A stretch of DNA of 33,229 nt from a virus (taxonomy: Duplodnaviria > Caudoviricetes): positions 1 to 33,229 of the IMG/VR virus record IMGVR_UViG_3300020044_007282; one strand, written 5' to 3'. Of the stretch, positions 17,224 to 27,172 are shown one piece after another (positions within the stretch are counted from its first letter, which is position 1; the number at the start of each line of letters is the position of its first letter). The notes below the pieces were generated by a model that made no database searches, was not told where the DNA came from, and worked only from the letters and a program-made list of their open reading frames with translations. Made by a program: the position numbers and the translations under genes.

Positions 17224-17798
17224 TGCAGTTAGCAATATATAATCAATTAAAGGCACGTATCAGCACACTTCAATCATTGAAGTATGTTGCACTATGGAAC
17301 AACCAATTTGAGCGCGAGGATGTGAATATACCATTTAATTATCCTTGTTGTTTTATTGAGTTTCCATCTGCCGACTATATTGAAAACTTGCAAGGGCAAC
17401 AACAAGGCACAATGTCAATAGCTTTGCATTTAGGTTTTGAAAGCTATAAGACAGAAGACACCGATATATTGCAACTAAAACAAGACCTAAATGCTTTGAT
17501 ACATGGGTGGTCTACACCTTATAACAGTAGATTCCTGCGCAGAAGTGAAATTCAATCGGCAGACCATACCAACGTACAAGAGTTTATTATTACTTACACA
17601 ATGCAAGGCTTTGACTATTCAGCAATGGATGGGCCAACAACAGAGGTGTTAGTTACAACATTGGTTACAAACAACAGCCCACAATTAGACAACGCAATTA
17701 TTCGCACTGGATTTATTCCTGAATCAATAGCGTTAACGAGTGAATTAGGTTACGAATTATTAACAGAAACAGGTTATACACTTATAATACAACAATAA
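17223..17798 (+). CDS. Putative tail terminator/neck protein (Mu gp37-like)
   Basis: VALWNNQ...YPCCFIEF pattern and synteny. Confidence 0.55.
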   Translation: MQLAIYNQLKARISTLQSLKYVALWNNQFEREDVNIPFNYPCCFIEFPSADYIENLQGQQQGTMSIALHLGFESYKTEDTDILQLKQDLNALIHGWSTPYNSRFLRRSEIQSADHTNVQEFIITYTMQGFDYSAMDGPTTEVLVTTLVTNNSPQLDNAIIRTGFIPESIALTSELGYELLTETGYTLIIQQ

Positions 17799-17799
17799 A

Positions 17800-18009
17800 A
17801 TGGCAGAGCAAAAAATTTCCGAGTTACCAGCAGCAGGCGCAATTACAGGAACTGAAAAAGTAATAGTAAATCAAAATGCAGTTACATCAATAACAACTGT
17901 TAATGCTATTGTTGGTTATACAACTGCAACAGGTGCAACAGGATCGTTTACTACCGCTAATGGCAAAACAGTTACCGTAGTTAAAGGACTTATAACATCA
18001 ATTGTATAA
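17800..18009 (+). CDS. Small structural protein with a KISEL fibre-like N-terminus
   Basis: MAEQKISELPAAGAITGTE resembles the N-terminus of 30278..31528. Confidence 0.55.
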   Translation: MAEQKISELPAAGAITGTEKVIVNQNAVTSITTVNAIVGYTTATGATGSFTTANGKTVTVVKGLITSIV

Positions 18010-18848
18010 TGGCCCGCACAGTAGCACAAATCAAACAAAGTATGTTGGATGCAAAGAATGCAGACCCAACATTGTCGGCATTGACCTCAACAAGTCAAAC
18101 TGCCAAATGGAATCTATATTATTTTATCGTAGCAAGTTGCATAGCTATTTTTGAGCAGTTGCAAGACCTATTTAAAACAGATTTAGAAGCCATCGCAAGC
18201 ACAGCAGCACCAAGCACACCGCAATGGACACGTAACAAAGTTTTAAAGTATCAAAAAGGCGATGTTGCTCAATTGAACACAACAACATTTACTGTTGAAT
18301 ACCCAACCATTAACACTACTAATCAAATATTGACAAGGTGTGCAGTTATTACAGCCCCAAATAGAACGGTGTTAATTAAGGTTGCTAAATCAGACCCACC
18401 TGTGCCAGTTTCAGTTGGTGAATTAGCCGAGCTTCAAAGTTACATTGAAACATTTAATCCTGCGGGCATTGCATTCACTTTAATCAATGAGAATAGCGAT
18501 AAGATGGAAGTGGCAGCAACTATTTATTATAATGGTCAATATTCAGCAGTAATAAGCACAAACGTAGTAGCAGCATTAAACAATTATATGGCTACCTTAC
18601 CATTTAATGGTGTTATAAGCACACAGGCAGTTGTTGATGCTATACAAGCGGTTGAGGGTGTTAATTCGGTATCATTAACACGTATATTAGTAAGAAAACA
18701 TACGGTTGCTTATGGTGCAGGTGTGACATTGTATAATCTTTCAACTGGTGTTGATAGTGTGCAATATCAAACTATTGCGGGCTATGTAGCACAAGAAACA
18801 ACTGCAACACATACCTTTGCAGACACATTATCTTATATTGTACAATAA
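18009..18848 (+). CDS. Baseplate wedge protein (J-like)
   Basis: S.TAKW...T.QW...KVAK...PAG...FNG...DAIQAVEGV, typical of myovirus J-like proteins. Confidence 0.7.
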   Translation: MARTVAQIKQSMLDAKNADPTLSALTSTSQTAKWNLYYFIVASCIAIFEQLQDLFKTDLEAIASTAAPSTPQWTRNKVLKYQKGDVAQLNTTTFTVEYPTINTTNQILTRCAVITAPNRTVLIKVAKSDPPVPVSVGELAELQSYIETFNPAGIAFTLINENSDKMEVAATIYYNGQYSAVISTNVVAALNNYMATLPFNGVISTQAVVDAIQAVEGVNSVSLTRILVRKHTVAYGAGVTLYNLSTGVDSVQYQTIAGYVAQETTATHTFADTLSYIVQ

Positions 18849-19552
18849 TGAGTAGCATCATAAATACGGATACATTTGCAGTCAACTTCTTACCACCAAA
18901 GAAGCGGCTGCCGATTTACAAATCTTGGACTAAAACACTTGTAAAACCATTGCAAGTGCTATACAATACAATGTTTGGCACGTTTAAAGATGGGAATGCA
19001 GCAGCATTGTATAGCGGTGCAACTGCCTACGCGGTAGGTAACCAAGTGAAATACACAGACAAAGCAGTGTATCAATGTTGGGTTGCAAGCACTGGCAACC
19101 TACCAACAAACACAAACTATTGGTTTAAGATTCAAGACAATTTTGTAGGCATCGAGCCGCGTTGTAAATACAATGCACAACACATCTTATTTGAATGGGC
19201 ATTAAATGAATGGTTTGGAACTACGTTTGTAAATGTGCCGGGTAGTAGTGATATATTTATAAGCGGTTCGGGTGCAAGTTTGGGCGCGTTTTATGTTGGC
19301 ATATCACCAACTGAAAGCAGTTATGTAGTTTATGACGAACCCGAAGCAACAGCGTACATACAAGCATTAGATTTAACAACTGCGGGTATATCATTTACTA
19401 TTAATGTACCTATTGGAGTGGCTAATGCGTTAACAATACCACCTGCAACAGATATTGCACCGAATATTAGCGCAAACAATGAAAATATAATTAGGCAAAT
19501 TGCCGACCTGTATAATTATGCAGGCATAACTTACAATGTAATTACATACTAA
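18848..19552 (+). CDS. Baseplate wedge protein (gpI-like) with an inserted carbohydrate-binding-like repeat
   Basis: LPPKKR...LVKPL...Q....E.ALN..F...YNYAG..Y pattern; follows the J-like gene. Confidence 0.6.
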   Translation: MSSIINTDTFAVNFLPPKKRLPIYKSWTKTLVKPLQVLYNTMFGTFKDGNAAALYSGATAYAVGNQVKYTDKAVYQCWVASTGNLPTNTNYWFKIQDNFVGIEPRCKYNAQHILFEWALNEWFGTTFVNVPGSSDIFISGSGASLGAFYVGISPTESSYVVYDEPEATAYIQALDLTTAGISFTINVPIGVANALTIPPATDIAPNISANNENIIRQIADLYNYAGITYNVITY

Positions 19553-20409
19553 TGAAAAAAATAAAAACAACAGACATCATTGCTGGCAGTGCAATGCCAT
19601 TAAAATCGGGCAGTTTAAATCATTTGCAATCAGCTAACCAAGAGGGTATATTTAGTTTGGCGCAAAGCGAATTATTTCAAAGAACGGGAGTAAGCGCAGG
19701 ATATGCAAACCCGCAAGCACTTTATGGTCTTTCTTACACTGTATCTGGTTCAACTTGGTCAATTGAAAGCGGTTGTTTAGTATTTGGAACTGAAATGTAT
19801 TTGTGTGATGCAACTTTAGGAATTGTTTTAGGTACTGGTCAGGTAGTAGTAGGCACAATTACAACTACTTACTTAACTGCAACTAATGCCGACCCTGTTA
19901 TATTTAGTGATTCAACATCAAACAATGTTCACGAAATACGTAAAATAGTATGGAGTGCTGGTGCAAGCGGAAGCGGAAGTTTTGACTTTGTAAATATGCA
20001 ATATTTAGGCAGATGGATTGAACAAACATACAGCGCAGGAGATTTAACAGCCGCAACTGGCTTATGGACTATTCCTGCAGGTGCAGCAGATTTTAAAGTT
20101 AAAACACAACGTAGAGGCAGTACAATGATTGTTGATTTTTATATAAATAATTCAACATTATCAGCAAACCCCGCTTATTTATCACTTTTATTAAATTCAG
20201 CAGATAGAATTAAAAGCACATTTAGAAATATATGTTACTTTGAAAACCCATCAGCATTAACAGCAAAAGGAGCATGTAAAGTTGAGGCAGTTTCAGGAAC
20301 AAGGGAGTTAAGATTTACGCCAATGATTGTAGGAACATGGATAGCAGACACGGCATCAGTAGATGTGTGGGGTCAAATAACAATTGAAATGGATTGCAAT
20401 CAAAGTTAA
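19552..20409 (+). CDS. Putative tail fibre/baseplate appendage protein
   Basis: Follows the wedge genes; beta-rich and S/T/G-rich. Confidence 0.5.
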   Translation: MKKIKTTDIIAGSAMPLKSGSLNHLQSANQEGIFSLAQSELFQRTGVSAGYANPQALYGLSYTVSGSTWSIESGCLVFGTEMYLCDATLGIVLGTGQVVVGTITTTYLTATNADPVIFSDSTSNNVHEIRKIVWSAGASGSGSFDFVNMQYLGRWIEQTYSAGDLTAATGLWTIPAGAADFKVKTQRRGSTMIVDFYINNSTLSANPAYLSLLLNSADRIKSTFRNICYFENPSALTAKGACKVEAVSGTRELRFTPMIVGTWIADTASVDVWGQITIEMDCNQS

Positions 20410-20410
20410 T

Positions 20411-20590
20411 CTAAAACCTATTCTTTCCATAATGCTCTGATAATATTTCTTTGAGCAGATAAGATTCTTTGGTGCCAGTACGTTCTACTTCATCAAAGAA
20501 TTTCTTTTTTAATTCGCCTGTTAAGTGAGCAGTTACGCGAGCTTTTGCGGCTTGTTTTTTCTCTGCTATATCGTTTTTTGGATTCGCCAT
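20411..20590 (-). CDS. Ribbon-helix-helix-like small regulator
   Basis: RVTAHLTGELKKKFFDEVERTGTKESYLLKEIL; has its own TAATTTTG promoter element at 20617-20624 on the minus strand. Confidence 0.6.
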   Translation of the reverse strand: MANPKNDIAEKKQAAKARVTAHLTGELKKKFFDEVERTGTKESYLLKEILSEHYGKNRF

Positions 20591-20670
20591 TGTCAAATAT
20601 TAGTTACTAAACACCACAAAATTAGTAACTTATTTGAATTGAAGTGCAAATATGTAACCATTTTTGTACA

Positions 20671-21780
20671 ATGAAAATCACGAACATATCAAACGAGGTT
20701 GCCACAATGCTTATCTATAAGCATATTGGCAATATTGATGGTATGGATAATGGCATCAACGGTGCTTTTATCGCAGAGGATATTCAATACATTAACGATA
20801 ACTATTCGGATCAAGTTAAGTGCATTAACATTCGTATCAATTCAATTGGTGGAAGTGTTGCCGATGGGCTTTCAATCGTTAGTGCTATACTTAATAGCGC
20901 TATACCTGTAAACACTTATATTGATGGCATGGCTTATTCAATGGCTGGTGTAATTGCTATTTGTGGCCAAAAGAAATACATGGCCGATTATGGCACATTT
21001 ATGATGCACAACGCTAACGGTGGGAGTGATGAAGAAGTGTTGAATTTAATTACAAATAGTTTAGCAAAAATATTTGAACGCAATACAAATCTAACATTAG
21101 ATAAGTGCAAAGATTTGATGGCAAAAGAAACGTGGATGACTGCCGAAGAATGTATGAGTTTAGGCATAGTTGATGAAATTATTGAAACAAAGAAAATGAA
21201 GCCTGCAATGAACGCAACTGTGCGTGAGTTACATGCTATATACAATAAAGTAATAATTAAAACAGAAACCAAAATGAATAAATTAACTGATTTATTAAAG
21301 CTATCTAACGAGGCAAGTGAAGATGCCATCGTTGAAGCGGTTAACGCTAAAGATGCACGTATTGCTGAATTAGAAGCAAGCATCGAAGCACAGAGCAACG
21401 AATTACAAGCATTGAAAGATGCTAACAACGAAGCGGTACAAGCAGCGAAAGTTGAACTTGTTGAAAACGCAATAAAAGAGGGTAAAATTGCTGATGCAAG
21501 TAAAGAAATTTATTTGACTTCTAACAAATCAAACGATGAATTAAAAGATGTGTTTAGCAAGTTAACACCTGCTTACACTCCCATCTTTGAAAACAAAGCA
21601 AACACACCAGCAGCAGTTGCAGGTCGTGAGTCTTGGACATTCAACGATTGGTCAAAGAATGACCCTAAAGGTTTAGCAGAAATGAGAGTAAACGATGCAG
21701 CATCATTTGAGGCATTGATTAACAACTTGCCTGCTAACTTGTCACCAAACTACAACCCATCAACAGATAAAAAATTCTAA
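20671..21780 (+). CDS. ClpP-type prohead protease fused to a scaffold
   Basis: RINSIGGSV, GMAYSMAGVI, MMHN, ETWMTAEEC..LGIVDEI; C-terminal coiled coil. Confidence 0.9.
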   Translation: MKITNISNEVATMLIYKHIGNIDGMDNGINGAFIAEDIQYINDNYSDQVKCINIRINSIGGSVADGLSIVSAILNSAIPVNTYIDGMAYSMAGVIAICGQKKYMADYGTFMMHNANGGSDEEVLNLITNSLAKIFERNTNLTLDKCKDLMAKETWMTAEECMSLGIVDEIIETKKMKPAMNATVRELHAIYNKVIIKTETKMNKLTDLLKLSNEASEDAIVEAVNAKDARIAELEASIEAQSNELQALKDANNEAVQAAKVELVENAIKEGKIADASKEIYLTSNKSNDELKDVFSKLTPAYTPIFENKANTPAAVAGRESWTFNDWSKNDPKGLAEMRVNDAASFEALINNLPANLSPNYNPSTDKKF

Positions 21781-21782
21781 TT

Positions 21783-21968
21783 ATGGAAGCAATTTGGAAC
21801 GCAAACCCAACGGTTAACATGCTATATTGTTTTGAGGATGGCAACTGCTTTATCAAACATAGTGAGGCAGCAAGTTATGCGCAGTCAACCAATAATGCTT
21901 ATGTAGTTAAAGTAAGAGAAACAGAAACAGAAATAGAAAACAAACCAATAAAAACAAATAAAAAATAA
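21783..21968 (+). CDS. Small head-module protein
   Basis: 61-aa ORF within the head operon. Confidence 0.55.
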   Translation: MEAIWNANPTVNMLYCFEDGNCFIKHSEAASYAQSTNNAYVVKVRETETEIENKPIKTNKK

Positions 21969-22303
21969 TGGCAACAATCAACAACCCATTTGGCGCAGCA
22001 GGCACGTTAACGATTGCTGCCACAGGCACAACTGCCGCAACAATTAGCAACAACGAAACCGTTGTTACATCGTTAACTACCTTAACTGGTAACGCAACAC
22101 TTGACTTAACGCTTTCAAGCGAATTAAAAGCGGGTGCAGCATTACATATTAAAGTAAAAACAACCGCAACTGAAACCTTTACTTTTGGAACAGGCATTGA
22201 TGCCCCAACAGTTACAGGAGCAGCAGGTAAAACATGGTGTCAATCATTTTGGTATGATGGAACTGTATTTTTACCATCTGGCGCAAAAATTCAAATAGAT
22301 TAA
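21968..22303 (+). CDS. Putative head decoration protein
   Basis: T/A/G-rich 111-aa protein between the protease and the capsid gene. Confidence 0.5.
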   Translation: MATINNPFGAAGTLTIAATGTTAATISNNETVVTSLTTLTGNATLDLTLSSELKAGAALHIKVKTTATETFTFGTGIDAPTVTGAAGKTWCQSFWYDGTVFLPSGAKIQID

Positions 22304-22330
22304 TTATTCACGTAAAAACACAAAAACAAA

Positions 22331-23266
22331 ATGGCATTAATAAAAGAAATTTGGGTATCAGATGTACAAGAAGCATTAAATAGAAATGCTGACTTTTTAC
22401 CATACTCAGTCGATCATTCAGCGTATATCGCATTTGGAACAGTACACGTTCCACAATCAGGTTCAAACCCAACGGTAGTTAAGAATCCTGCAACTTTCCC
22501 TCTTTCAATCAACGAAAGAACAGATACTGACCGCACTTATTCATTAAATCAATTTGCTTTAGAGCCTGTATTGATTACTAACTTGGATGAATTGCAAATC
22601 AGTTATGACAAGCGTCAAAGCGTTTTAGGTCAACAAATCACCACACTTACACAACGTATTGGTGATGAGGTTGCTATCTCTTGGTCTGCAACAGGTGCAG
22701 CTAACATCGTATCAACAACAGGTTCAGCAGTTGCTACATCATTAGCACCGGGTGCAACTGGTACTCGTAAGGCCGTTACTTTAGCTGACATCGCTTCATT
22801 AGCAAACAAGTTAGACAAGGACAATGTGCCAAGACAAAACAGAAAGTTGTTAATGTCAACTGATATGTTTTGGGAGTTATTCCAAATCAGTGATGTAATT
22901 AGAGCATCTTACAATGGTTTCCAAAACCAACCTAACGTATTAGCAAACGGTATCGTTGCAATGCTTTACGGATTTGAAATCATGATGCGCCCAGTGGTAT
23001 CAGTTTACGCTAATTCAGCAACAAGCCCAAAGGCTTTCGGTGCTGCTACTGCAACAACTGACAACCTTGCTTGCATCGCTTTCCATTCTACAACTGTTGC
23101 ACGTGCATTAGGTAGCATGACACCTTTGTATGATAGTGGTTCAAACGGTAACGGTAAGCCAGAGTATTTAGGTTCAATCTTCAACATGGAAGTAATGTTA
23201 GGTTCTGCAATTTTAAGAGCTGATATGAAAGGTGTTGCTGCTTTGGTTCAAACTTGGGTATCTTAA
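22331..23266 (+). CDS. Major capsid protein
   Basis: 311 aa after the protease/scaffold; EIW, ELQISYDKRQS, LDKDNVP..NR and LYGFEIM motifs; followed by a terminator. Confidence 0.85.
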   Translation: MALIKEIWVSDVQEALNRNADFLPYSVDHSAYIAFGTVHVPQSGSNPTVVKNPATFPLSINERTDTDRTYSLNQFALEPVLITNLDELQISYDKRQSVLGQQITTLTQRIGDEVAISWSATGAANIVSTTGSAVATSLAPGATGTRKAVTLADIASLANKLDKDNVPRQNRKLLMSTDMFWELFQISDVIRASYNGFQNQPNVLANGIVAMLYGFEIMMRPVVSVYANSATSPKAFGAATATTDNLACIAFHSTTVARALGSMTPLYDSGSNGNGKPEYLGSIFNMEVMLGSAILRADMKGVAALVQTWVS

Positions 23267-23290
23267 TATTAAATAAATTATAAACTAAAG

Positions 23291-23325
23291 AGGCCTACCC
23301 GCTATAATGTAGGTAGGCCTTTTTT
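23291..23325 (+). terminator. Intrinsic terminator after the capsid gene
   Basis: AGGCCTACC/GGTAGGCCT stem followed by a T-run. Confidence 0.8.
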
Positions 23326-23340
23326 AATACTAAAAAATAA

Positions 23341-24888
23341 ATGGCATTACCAAATATAAACTTTGTCAAAAGCACAAGCGGTTTAGGTAGAGCATTACCC
23401 GGAACTGATTACATTTCGGGTTATGCACATTACTATCCAAGTGGTGGCACATTACCAACTGGCTTTACTTCAAGCGACAGAATCAAAAAAATATTTTCAG
23501 TTGCAGATGCTGAGAATTTAGGAATAACTAATACATCATTAGGGGCAACTGCTTCTACTGCAACTGATACAATTACAACTAAATTTGCTGCCGGAGATAC
23601 TTTTAAAATTACTTGCAATACAATAGATGGGGTAAGAGCAGGAGTGCCAATTACTTTGTGCAACTTTACTGCTGTAACTGCTGATGCTGTAAGTATTACA
23701 ACAAGCGCGGATAGAATAAGTTTAGAAATAAACGCGGGAACACAAACACATGGTTTTAGTGCTTCAAATGCAGCTGGTGTTGTGACTATTGTAGCACCAA
23801 AAAATCAAGGTATATTTTTAAATTCTCCAAGCACACCTTACGTTGTTACCAAAACAGGTGCAGTTGCTCACACATTAGTTCAAAATGTTGTGGCAGGTGT
23901 TGCATCATGGATTGATACCTTATACTACCACATTAGCGAGTATTTTAGAATACAACCTAAAGGCGAATTGTACGTTGGTCTATACGAAGAAGAAGCAAGC
24001 ACATACACATTTGCAGCGTTAACATTGATGCAGAGTTATGCAGTAGGTGCTATTAAGCAAATGGCAGTGTTTGAAAAGAACGTAGCGTTTACATCAGCGC
24101 AATGCGCGGCATTGCAAGCTATTGCAACGGCAAACGAAGCAGTTTACAAACCGATGCAAATAATGTTAAATGCTGAAATCAGCGCAACAGGAAGCGTTGC
24201 TACATTAGCAGATTTGTCAACCTCAACTGCCCCAAATGTAAGCGTATGTATTGCACAGGATGGCGCAAACGATGGCGATTACATCTACAAAGCAACTGGC
24301 AAATCAGTTGGTGCGATTGGTGCAATGTTAGGCGCGGTTTCTTTAGCAGTTGTAAGCGAATCAATCGGATGGGTAAGCAAGTTTAATATGGCATTAGGAA
24401 GCGAATTAGACACTATCGCATTCAGCAATGGTCAATTATATACTGCGCTTGCTGATAGTCAATTTGAGAGCTTGAATAACTACTCTTATATTTTCTTACG
24501 CAAGTTAACAAGCATCACAGGATCGTATTGGAGTGATAGCAAAACAACTGTTACACCAACAAGCGATTATTCAACAATCGAAAACAATCGTGTTTACCAA
24601 AAAATTACACGTGTAGTTAGAGCAAATATGTTACCTGCATTAAGTTCACCATTAAGAGTGAATGCAGATGGCACTTTGACCGCAGGCACAATAGGTTATT
24701 TTGAAACATTGGCAAATAATCCATTAGTGCAAATGGAAGCCGATGGCGAATTATCAGCACATAAAATTATTATTAACCCCGCCCAAGATGTACTTGCTAC
24801 CTCAACGCTCGAATTGACATTGCAGAATGTTCCATTAGGTGTTGCGCGTATCATTAAAGTAAATGTTGGCTTCGTAAAATCAGTATAA
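23341..24888 (+). CDS. Tail sheath protein (DUF2586-like)
   Basis: GLGR N-terminus; YHISEYFR; Y.FLRK...G.YW.DS...DY..IENNRV..K..R; P.GVAR.I.V..GF. Confidence 0.85.
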   Translation: MALPNINFVKSTSGLGRALPGTDYISGYAHYYPSGGTLPTGFTSSDRIKKIFSVADAENLGITNTSLGATASTATDTITTKFAAGDTFKITCNTIDGVRAGVPITLCNFTAVTADAVSITTSADRISLEINAGTQTHGFSASNAAGVVTIVAPKNQGIFLNSPSTPYVVTKTGAVAHTLVQNVVAGVASWIDTLYYHISEYFRIQPKGELYVGLYEEEASTYTFAALTLMQSYAVGAIKQMAVFEKNVAFTSAQCAALQAIATANEAVYKPMQIMLNAEISATGSVATLADLSTSTAPNVSVCIAQDGANDGDYIYKATGKSVGAIGAMLGAVSLAVVSESIGWVSKFNMALGSELDTIAFSNGQLYTALADSQFESLNNYSYIFLRKLTSITGSYWSDSKTTVTPTSDYSTIENNRVYQKITRVVRANMLPALSSPLRVNADGTLTAGTIGYFETLANNPLVQMEADGELSAHKIIINPAQDVLATSTLELTLQNVPLGVARIIKVNVGFVKSV

Positions 24889-24891
24889 AAC

Positions 24892-25320
24892 ATGGCAGCA
24901 AATGGACTACCGTTAATTAACGGAAAAGCGTATGAGTTCGCAGATATTACTTGCATCATACTTGGAACACCAATCATAGGTGTAACCGCAATCGAATATG
25001 GCGAGGAGGATGCAACCGAAAACATCTACGCAACAGGTCGTTATCCTGTTGCACGTGGTTACGGTCAAATCACACCAAGCGCAAAGGTTACAATATTAAT
25101 GAATGAGGTAATGAATATTGTATCGGCCGCCCCAAATGGTCGCATACAAGACATACCAGAGTTTGACATTGTTGTAACATTTACAGATGCTAATTTGATT
25201 CCTGTTGTGCATAAAATTCGCAATTGCAGATTTATGAAAAACATGATTGCTTCAGCAACTGGCGATACTTCAATACCAATGGAATTAGATTTAATTGTTT
25301 CACATATCGAATTTGTTTAG
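24892..25320 (+). CDS. Tail tube protein
   Basis: INGKAYEFADI...I.Y...YATGRYPVARGYG; follows the sheath gene. Confidence 0.8.
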   Translation: MAANGLPLINGKAYEFADITCIILGTPIIGVTAIEYGEEDATENIYATGRYPVARGYGQITPSAKVTILMNEVMNIVSAAPNGRIQDIPEFDIVVTFTDANLIPVVHKIRNCRFMKNMIASATGDTSIPMELDLIVSHIEFV

Positions 25321-25350
25321 TAAATTTGTGCAAACCAAATCAAAAAACAA

Positions 25351-25653
25351 ATGACAAATATTGAAGAATTAAAATCAAAGTATGCGGGTGTTGAAATATA
25401 CACATTGACTGTATTAAACAGACAAGGCGCACCTATAACGATTCACTTGCGTGAAATGGATAGGATTGCTTACAAAACCGTAAGCGCGTTAATTGCTAAA
25501 GATGAATTAATGGGTGTAGAATCGTTTTTAAGAACACTTTGTGTTGAGGGCGATGTGAATGCTATTATCAGTGATTTTAAAGCATTACGTAGCGCAGCAC
25601 GTACAATTTTGCCGATGTTAGAAACCGAAGCGGGTGAACTAAAAAAAAATTAG
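25351..25653 (+). CDS. Tail assembly chaperone (G-like)
   Basis: Lies between the tube and tape measure genes; ends CTA AAA AAA AAT TAG. Confidence 0.75.
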   Translation: MTNIEELKSKYAGVEIYTLTVLNRQGAPITIHLREMDRIAYKTVSALIAKDELMGVESFLRTLCVEGDVNAIISDFKALRSAARTILPMLETEAGELKKN

Positions 25654-25823
25654 ATTCGGCAAAGAAGTTATTTGAAACGGATGAGTTTGCGCGTCAAAAT
25701 GCACTCATCCGTTTTTATTATCAAACAGACCCAAACCAAATGAATGATGAACAATGGGCAGAAGCTATTGAGAGCATTATGTGGGTATTAAAGTTTAACG
25801 GTACAATTCAAGACAAGAAGTAA
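25641..25823 (+). CDS. -1 frameshift extension of the tail chaperone (GT-like)
   Basis: A9 slippery run at 25641-49; the -1 frame (KLDSAKKLFETDEFARQNALIRFYY...DKK) is open to TAA 25821-23, overlapping the tape measure ATG. Confidence 0.75.
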   Translation, partial: KKKLDSAKKLFETDEFARQNALIRFYYQTDPNQMNDEQWAEAIESIMWVLKFNGTIQDKK

Positions 25824-27172
25824 TGGCAAATAATAGTGTTGAATACATATTATCCTTAAAAGATAAGTTTAGCAGTGGCATACGTTCAGCAACGAATGAA
25901 ACTGAAAAACTAAATAAATCTGTTAACCAAACCCAAAACAGTTTAAATGGGATGGGTGGAATGATTGCAGGACTTGGGGCAACTATTGGAGCAACTGCAC
26001 TTGCAAATGAAATGTTAAATGTAGGTAGTACATTTGAATCAGCCGAAATAGGATTAAAAACATTATTAGGTTCAGCAGAGGCAGCAAGCAAAGTATTCAA
26101 TCAATTAAAACAGGATGCTACACAAAGTCCTTTTGATTTTGAAACATTAGTAATGGGAAATCGTGCATTAATAAGTGCAGGATTATCAGCAGAAAAAGCA
26201 AGGGAGGATTTTAGCAATTTATCAAATGCAATAGCAGCAACAGGTGGCGGTAATCCTGAATTACAACGTATGGTTGTAAATATGCAACAGATAAAAAACT
26301 TGGGAAAAGCAAGTGCATTAGATGTTAAGCAGTTTGCTTATGCAGGTATTAATATGTATTCTTTGCTTAATGATTATGCAACTAAATACAATCTGACATT
26401 AGACAAAGAAAATATTACCTATGAGCAACTATCAGCAGCATTAAAAAATGCAGCTTCAGAGGGAGGAATGTATTTTAATGGATTAAGCAATTTAGCAAAT
26501 TCAACAAGTGGAAAATTAAGCAACTTAAAGGATTCATTTAAAAATACTTTGTATGAAGTATTTGTGGCATTAAAGCCAGTTATTGATGAAGTAGTAGTTG
26601 GTATTACTAAATTTTTTGAATTAATAAAAAGCGGCATTAATTTTATTAAAGAAAATGAAACTGTATTTGGAATTATAGGAAGTGTTTTATTAGGTATTGC
26701 AACTGCAATGGGAATAGTTAAAGCACAAATAATATTAGCTACAATTGCGCAATGGGCCTTAAACACTGCAACAGCCGTATTTGATGCTTTAAGTGGCAAT
26801 TGGGTGGCTTTGGCAGCAGGCGCAGGAGCATTAGCAGCAGGAATTTATATGGCTGCAAATGCGCAAGAATCATTAAATAGTGAATTAAGTAAAAAAACAA
26901 CTGCAACTGCAAAAGCACTTGACCCAATGGGAAAAGGCAAAGGTTTTAATGCAGGCAAAACTGATTCAACATCACCTAAAGCTAAAGGTGGCACAGGTAC
27001 AAACATAGTTGAAAGTAGAGGTGTGCAAAACTTTAATATATCAATTAAAGAATTTGGTGCGGTTACACTTAACACAACAAACATTAAAGAGGGTGCAAAT
27101 CAAATCAAAGAACAAGTGGCGCAAGCATTGATTGAGGCGGTTAATGATTTCCAACTAATGGCTACAAAATAA
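25823..27172 (+). CDS. Tape measure protein
   Basis: FE......TLLGS...A...SPFDF...GGG..ELQR tape-measure domain; Ala/Gly-rich helices. Confidence 0.85.
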   Translation: MANNSVEYILSLKDKFSSGIRSATNETEKLNKSVNQTQNSLNGMGGMIAGLGATIGATALANEMLNVGSTFESAEIGLKTLLGSAEAASKVFNQLKQDATQSPFDFETLVMGNRALISAGLSAEKAREDFSNLSNAIAATGGGNPELQRMVVNMQQIKNLGKASALDVKQFAYAGINMYSLLNDYATKYNLTLDKENITYEQLSAALKNAASEGGMYFNGLSNLANSTSGKLSNLKDSFKNTLYEVFVALKPVIDEVVVGITKFFELIKSGINFIKENETVFGIIGSVLLGIATAMGIVKAQIILATIAQWALNTATAVFDALSGNWVALAAGAGALAAGIYMAANAQESLNSELSKKTTATAKALDPMGKGKGFNAGKTDSTSPKAKGGTGTNIVESRGVQNFNISIKEFGAVTLNTTNIKEGANQIKEQVAQALIEAVNDFQLMATK

